Source: Tubulanus polymorphus (lineage: Eukaryota > Animalia > Nemertea). From it: a stretch of 64,000 nt of DNA. A program made the position numbers and the translations under genes. This document shows positions 58,631 to 64,000 of the stretch, piece after piece; the first letter of the stretch is position 1, and every line of letters starts with the position of its first letter. Under the pieces are notes generated by a model. That model worked only from the letters and a program-made list of their open reading frames with translations. It did not search any database and was not told the DNA's origin. The stretch covers positions 12,098,655 through 12,162,654 of the forward strand of contig NC_134033.1 of assembly GCF_964204645.1 (NCBI RefSeq). Direction: 5' to 3'.

Positions 58631-59082
58631 ACTGACAGTTACATACTAAAAATCAAGACAAATGATATAACAAAAGACTTAAAAACATTAAAACATTATT
58701 TTGATTTTAGCAATTATCCTAAAGATCATGAACCATTTAGCAATGATAATAAAAAGATTCCTGGTAAATTTAAAGATGAATTAGGAGGTGATGAAATGAT
58801 TGAATTTGTTGGGATAAGAAGTAAAATGTATAGTTACAGAACAAAAGATCATGAAGCTAAAAAGTTAAAAGGAATAACAAAACATGTGGTTGATAAACAT
58901 ATAGAATTTCAAGATTATATAAAGTGTTTATATAACTCAATTGTAATGAAACACAAGATGAATTGTTTAAGATCAGAAGATCATGAGATGTACATTAATG
59001 AAGTTGAAAAAACTAGTTTAAATCCATTTGATGATAAAAGGCATATTTCAGATGATGGTATAAAAACATTACCTTATGGCCA

Positions 59083-60393
59083 TTAAAACATAAAATCAAT
59101 ATCATCATACTCGAAATCACTATTAGCTTCTTCATTTTCATTTAATTGTTCAGGTTCTTCTTCCATTCCATTTTTCTCATTTAAATAAATTTCTATCTTG
59201 TTCCACATTTCATCTCGCTCTCTTTGTTTCTTTTTGTTTGTTAATTCATCAAATGGAATTATAATATCTAGGTTTAAATAATTTACAATCTTATTTAAAA
59301 AGAATTCATAATTTATTGAATCTGTTATTCTATTTTCCAAATGATACATTAATATTTGTTTAAATATTTTTTTTATATTTTCCATATCTTCTTCTGTTAA
59401 TTTAGGTTTTTCATAATAATCGTTAAATAATAAATATAAATACATTTTCTTTTGTTTTGTGTTAAATGTTGGTGGAATAATTGTTTTTATGATATCTTTT
59501 TTAGTTATTTCACCATTTTTATTTTCTATTATTTTCATTTTTTCAAGCCATTGCATATATTCTGGTGTATGATCTTCTATAGAAAATGTTTTAAAAATTT
59601 CATCAAGATAATTTAATTTTGGATCTATGAGAAAATCTCTAGTTTTTTCTTCACCCCATAAATTCTTTTGCCATCCACATTCAACACAAAATAACACAGT
59701 ACCTTCTTGTCTTAAGGTCGCATAAATACATCGTGGACATTTTTGTTTATAATTTACTGGTAATAGATCTTCATTAAGCTCTTGGTATTTTCTTACGTTT
59801 TCTTTATGTTTTATTGTTCTATTATGTAGATTTGAATTACTTGTTGTAATAATCAATTTACAATATTTACAATAATATGTTTTTCTTGTTAATTCATTAT
59901 ATTGTTTTTCTAGCTTTTCAACTGTTTCTTCATTATCTGGTAATGTTTTCTCATATTTTATTTTTTCTAATAAATTATTTTTTCTTGCATTGAATTCAGT
60001 TTCAAATTTATTAGAAATTTTATCTATATGTACTTTACGAAATTGATGATTCTCCCAATCTTCTATATTTTCAGGGTTATATTTTATTCGACAAGGCTCA
60101 CAGAAATGATCTTTTATATTATCCTTATCATAGAATAAGAAAGGTCTTTTCCAAATAATTTCAGGTTCAACTTCAACAGAATTATTATTACTTTCGTTAC
60201 TGTCAACATTAACTATTAAGTTATTATTTTTACACTTATGTTTTTTGAAATAATTTCTAGAGAATGTTTTATTACAATTTGGACAGTTTATTTTAGGGGG
60301 TTTATAATTTTCATCATGTTTTTTCATATGTCGAGCCATATTACTTTTTCTTAGAAGTTCACCACAAATTTCGCATGTTATCTTCTCATCCAT
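59083..60393 (-). CDS. Multi-zinc-finger protein with a C-terminal VLTF3 (poxvirus A2)-like late transcription factor domain
   Basis: N-terminal C2H2/matrin-like fingers; zinc ribbon CPRC...CVECG; C-terminal PKLTEEDMENIKKIFKQI...SINYEFFLNKIVNYLNL...KKKQRERDEMWNKI resembles the VLTF3 signature. Recognised by eye only. Confidence 0.6.
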   Translation of the reverse strand: MDEKITCEICGELLRKSNMARHMKKHDENYKPPKINCPNCNKTFSRNYFKKHKCKNNNLIVNVDSNESNNNSVEVEPEIIWKRPFLFYDKDNIKDHFCEPCRIKYNPENIEDWENHQFRKVHIDKISNKFETEFNARKNNLLEKIKYEKTLPDNEETVEKLEKQYNELTRKTYYCKYCKLIITTSNSNLHNRTIKHKENVRKYQELNEDLLPVNYKQKCPRCIYATLRQEGTVLFCVECGWQKNLWGEEKTRDFLIDPKLNYLDEIFKTFSIEDHTPEYMQWLEKMKIIENKNGEITKKDIIKTIIPPTFNTKQKKMYLYLLFNDYYEKPKLTEEDMENIKKIFKQILMYHLENRITDSINYEFFLNKIVNYLNLDIIIPFDELTNKKKQRERDEMWNKIEIYLNEKNGMEEEPEQLNENEEANSDFEYDDIDFMF

Positions 60394-60461
60394 TTATTAA
60401 GGAAAAATTTTATTAAAATTAATTTTTAGTGATGAGCGGTAATTTTTTTATGTTATAAATA

Positions 60462-61258
60462 ATGGTAGAATTAAAAGAATACAGAATATTTGTTGATTCT
60501 AGAAAACTTATAAATTATAAATCTCATAATTTATTAGTACAATTAGATAGAGAATTTAAGAATTGTGTAGATTTAAAATTAGTAAATATAAGTTTATGTA
60601 ATTCTTTTTATAATATATCAGATAAAACTGATGAACATAGAAGCCTTCTTATTTTTGATAAACTTGAAAAAAATGGATTCAACTTATGCTTACACCAGGA
60701 TTATATGATTTAGAAACATTAGAGCAAGAAATTAATAGAAAAGCTCGGATTAGATTAGGTAATGGTAATTCTAAATTTAATATTAAATTCATAAAAAGTG
60801 AGAGCTCTAATAAAATTAAAATAAAGCTTGATGATGAACTTATTAAACTTGATAAATCTAATCCATTGATGACAAGAAGACATACTTACACGGTAAAAAA
60901 ACCTAAAGCTAAACTATTAGGAATTACTCCAAATCAATTTGGTGGAAACAAACACGGTAACTCAAATATAATACCTTTTACACACTTTTATATTTATTGT
61001 AATTTAATCGATCCTACAAAAACATTCGAAGCAACTAAAGATACAACATGTAATTCTAGTATATTAAACATTTTACCATTGAAGAATGTTAAACAATTTG
61101 GAACGCAAATAAATTATAATTTAGCTGAATGTGATTTTAAACCTTGTATTCCACATTTCAATAATTTTAAATTAGAAATAAGAAATCATAATGGTTATTT
61201 AATTGATTTGAATAACTTTCCTGTAATTTATGAATTAGTTATAAGATGTAAAGAGTAA
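60462..61258 (+). pseudogene. Minor capsid (penton, single jelly-roll)-like gene, frameshifted near 60670-60690
   Basis: Two overlapping ORFs join into IFVDS...KLVNISLCNSFYNIS...PGLYDLETL...FYIYCNLID...ILNILP...LEIRNHNGYLIDLNN..YELVI, the pattern of Polinton/virophage pentons. Confidence 0.65.
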
Positions 61259-61274
61259 TTTTTCCCCTATATAA

Positions 61275-61631
61275 ATGAATATAACTGTTGGACCGAGTAT
61301 ATGTTTTGGATTTGATTTTTAACGTGAGAAAGAAATGAAATTTAACATTAATGATGTAATAACACATATCAAAAATATTGTATTTTCTAATGAAACAACA
61401 TTTGAGTATGAAACAACAATAGATAAAGAAACTTTAAATGTAGAAAAGATTACTAATTTAATTAGAGAATTTTTAAGATTTTATGAATTAGATGAAGATT
61501 TTATAATCGATGATATTAAAAAAATAATAATTGAAATATATACAAATGAAACTAGTAATAAAATAAATGTTGAATTAATCATAAATAAGTTAACTAAATA
61601 TTTTGATGATAGTAATTTTTTTGATAAATAA
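61275..61631 (+). pseudogene. Hypothetical viral protein with a premature TAA at 61320-61322
   Basis: The ATG at 61275 follows the element's shared promoter motif and is in frame with ORF 61335-61631. Confidence 0.55.
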
Positions 61632-61853
61632 ATGAGTGATAATAAGTGGATAATAACTGGATTATATAATGGCGCATTACTATCAGTTGGAACGGTTGGT
61701 TATTCAATGGTATTAAAAAAAGTATTCAAAATGGGAAGCGTTAATGTTGATAGATTTGATATCAATGATATCTTAAAATTAACATTAGCAGTTACTTTAT
61801 CTAATTTAACAATTGATTATTTGGAAAAACAAAAATATATTCCTCCCATATAA
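61632..61853 (+). CDS. Small hydrophobic viral protein (73 aa)
   Basis: Intact ORF with TAAATG start and two hydrophobic segments. Confidence 0.65.
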   Translation: MSDNKWIITGLYNGALLSVGTVGYSMVLKKVFKMGSVNVDRFDINDILKLTLAVTLSNLTIDYLEKQKYIPPI

Positions 61854-61878
61854 ATGCATAATTTTTTTTGCTAAATAA

Positions 61879-62301
61879 ATGGCTTCTGCAATTATAACTA
61901 TTATAGGATCAGCAATTGTTAACGCTTTAGCATTCACTGGTGGTGGTTATTTATTTAAACATATTGATAAAAATAGTTCATTAGGAGAACAAAGAAGACA
62001 TAACTTAGCGTTAGAGAAATACAATAAAGCTGCAGAAGAATATAGAGAAAAGAGGCAAAACTATATGGATTACATCAATAAAGAATTATATGATCAGAAG
62101 ATTTCACATAGAGATTTTCAATCAGTTGATGATGCAATGAGTTTATATAACGCAGTAACAAATAAAGAAAAATTACATCTATACAAACCTAAATTATCAG
62201 ATTATTATACCCCAAGTAAAGAACAACAGAAATATGAAATGATATGGATTTTAGGTGGAACAGTTATTGTTATATTTATTGCTTATAAATTTACTAATTA
62301 G
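61879..62301 (+). CDS. Viral membrane protein (140 aa): N-terminal hydrophobic helix, coiled coil, C-terminal TM
   Basis: IIGSAIVNALAFTGGGYLF...RHNLALEKY...WILGGTVIVIFIAY. Confidence 0.7.
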   Translation: MASAIITIIGSAIVNALAFTGGGYLFKHIDKNSSLGEQRRHNLALEKYNKAAEEYREKRQNYMDYINKELYDQKISHRDFQSVDDAMSLYNAVTNKEKLHLYKPKLSDYYTPSKEQQKYEMIWILGGTVIVIFIAYKFTN

Positions 62302-62320
62302 TAATTTTTTTGTTAAATAA

Positions 62321-62755
62321 ATGGAAGATAAAGTTGATAGTATTGATATTATTCCTCATGATATAAATAAAACTAAATTAAAAACATATTTAGAAAGACA
62401 AATATTAGAATTTGAAAGTGACTTAAAGATAAAAAAGAAAAAATATCTAAAAAGTAAAATTACATATTATTTGATTATAAGTGGTTCGGTTACAATTAGT
62501 TCTGTAATAACATTTTTAGCAATATTCAGTCCATTAACACCTTTAGCTATATCAATTGGTGTATTAGGATTAAGTTCAAGTGTTTTAACTGGTATAAGTT
62601 CAAAATTAAATATAAAAAGTAATAAAGAAAAAATAAAATCTAATATAAAAGAAATTAATAAATTAAAGAACACACTAGATTATATAATAAGTTTAAATGG
62701 CCATATAACAGTTGAAGAACAAGATAAATTATTAAAAGAATTAATAAATTATTAA
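62321..62755 (+). CDS. Two-TM viral protein with flanking coiled coils (144 aa)
   Basis: Hydrophobic hairpin YYLIISGSVTISSVITFLAIF-SPLTP-LAISIGVLGLSSSVLTGI. Confidence 0.65.
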   Translation: MEDKVDSIDIIPHDINKTKLKTYLERQILEFESDLKIKKKKYLKSKITYYLIISGSVTISSVITFLAIFSPLTPLAISIGVLGLSSSVLTGISSKLNIKSNKEKIKSNIKEINKLKNTLDYIISLNGHITVEEQDKLLKELINY

Positions 62756-62771
62756 TTTTTTAGTTATATAA

Positions 62772-63911
62772 ATGGGGTTTCCAAAAGCTTTCCAATATAA
62801 TAAATCACATGAATATTATAAATATAATACTCCAGCAATAGATTTTAGTAACATGATAATATATAAAAATTTAGTTTTACCTTCATTGATTAATTTAGAA
62901 ATTTATGTTACTGAAACAAACTATTTTATTTCTAAAATGGAAAATATATTTAATACATATGAAGTTACTTTTACTCGAGATGAATATAATATATATAAAC
63001 TAAAATCTAATATGAAATATTGGCAGAATCAATTAAATTTTGCTGTTCATTGTGCAACAGCTGGTTGTGGTGTAAGTTGGCATGATCACTTGAATAACTT
63101 AGATAAAAATTTGAAATATTCTGATTTAAAATTCATTCATACAATATTTAGATTTCATGTATACTTTCAAATTAGAATTATATTAAATGAATTAGAATGC
63201 CCTTTACCTGGATCAAAATATTTTAAAGAATTAGATAATAATATTAATCTATCTAAGTTTTATAAAATATGTAATGAATTTAATATAAATATTAATTTCG
63301 ATTTTAGAGCGCATGGTAAATTGCAAGGTGTCGGTGAACAGTATGAAATAAAAAGAATTGATTTTATGCATAGAATTGGAGCTTATCATAATTATAAAAT
63401 TAATAATAATAATGGTTGGGTTTATTTTATTGAATCTTATAGTGAAGGATTTACAAAACCCGGTATACAAAGAATAAATCAATCAATTAGAACTTATTTG
63501 ATATGTATTTTAGGTGCACAAGTTGAAACAAGATCACCAATAGTTGGAAATAATAGTACTTCATTTGATGCGCAGAAACAATTCAAAGTATTATTTGAAG
63601 ATTCCATTCATAATGATAAAAATAGATCGATTCCAGAAAACATTGTAAGATATCAAAATTATTTAGATAAATCACATATTAGATTAAATTATTGTATAGG
63701 ACCTAATCTATTAATTATTTCTAATGATTTAGTATTAAAGATGGGAAATATAATTGGTTATAATAATCTAATTAAAACTGCAACAATAAATAATTCAATT
63801 GGATTAAATGATATAAATAAAAAGATTATTACTGCTCCAAAATTAATGGAAGGTGAAAAAAATAAAAACATATTCAATCAACAGAAACTAAAACTAATAA
63901 TATTAAATTGA
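62772..63911 (+). CDS. Uncharacterised Polinton-associated protein (379 aa, possibly frameshifted at its 3' end)
   Basis: Long AT-rich ORF with TAAATG start; motifs WQNQLNFAVHCATAGCGVS and FRFHVYFQIR. Confidence 0.65.
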   Translation: MGFPKAFQYNKSHEYYKYNTPAIDFSNMIIYKNLVLPSLINLEIYVTETNYFISKMENIFNTYEVTFTRDEYNIYKLKSNMKYWQNQLNFAVHCATAGCGVSWHDHLNNLDKNLKYSDLKFIHTIFRFHVYFQIRIILNELECPLPGSKYFKELDNNINLSKFYKICNEFNININFDFRAHGKLQGVGEQYEIKRIDFMHRIGAYHNYKINNNNGWVYFIESYSEGFTKPGIQRINQSIRTYLICILGAQVETRSPIVGNNSTSFDAQKQFKVLFEDSIHNDKNRSIPENIVRYQNYLDKSHIRLNYCIGPNLLIISNDLVLKMGNIIGYNNLIKTATINNSIGLNDINKKIITAPKLMEGEKNKNIFNQQKLKLIILN

Positions 63912-64000
63912 ATAATGATTCCAAAATAAAAGATTACAATACTATAGAAAATGGTGCCGTACGGCACCCACACGGTGATATTAAAACCGATAAAATTCAA

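Larger units (their letters stand above)
50612..59086 (+). pseudogene. polB: Protein-primed family B DNA polymerase (reconstructed about 1686 codons including intein); in-frame stops at 51899-51901 and 56951-56953; split by the insertion at 53181-56585
   Basis: All four ORF pieces share one reading frame. Exo motifs IYGDFES, FHNLSGYD, FLDSYRF, YLKSDV; junction NVDP|CYCYSSPGLTW; Pol motifs YIDANNLYGWAM, KLMNNSFYGK, YFD/TDS, GKFKDE, KMY, KLKGI; N-terminal zinc fingers. Confidence 0.95.
50505..64000 (+). mobile_element. Polinton/Maverick (adintovirus-like) endogenous viral element, decaying, right end outside the window
   Basis: Abrupt shift to very AT-rich, intronless, densely packed ORFs: pPolB, a penton-like gene and small membrane proteins. 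Left boundary uncertain (50217-50526). Confidence 0.9.

Overview
Eukaryotic (invertebrate-like, intron-rich) genomic window. Host part (1 to about 50,200): the 3' exons of a membrane-anchored matrix metalloproteinase (+); four tandem alpha-1,2-fucosyltransferase (GT11) genes (+); a 31-bp satellite with higher-order structure; a complete 12-exon DAW1/WDR69 gene (-); and an OAS (2'-5' oligoadenylate synthetase)-like gene (-) whose 5' end runs into the next element. There are also many MITE, SINE, Helentron-like and Penelope-like remnants, two of which carry hammerhead ribozyme cores. From about 50,500 to the window end lies an AT-rich, intronless, decaying Polinton/Maverick-type endogenous virus. 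Its protein-primed PolB has two nonsense codons and a 3.4-kb long-TIR insertion with a 9-bp TSD. The most notable system is in this element. The pPolB carries a 351-aa LAGLIDADG intein in catalytic motif C (YFD|TDS) that resembles giant-virus PolB inteins. The neighbouring gene looks like the NCLDV late transcription factor VLTF3. Almost every gene starts at a T-tract plus TAAATG motif like a poxvirus late promoter. All family assignments come from motif recognition; no database search was run.
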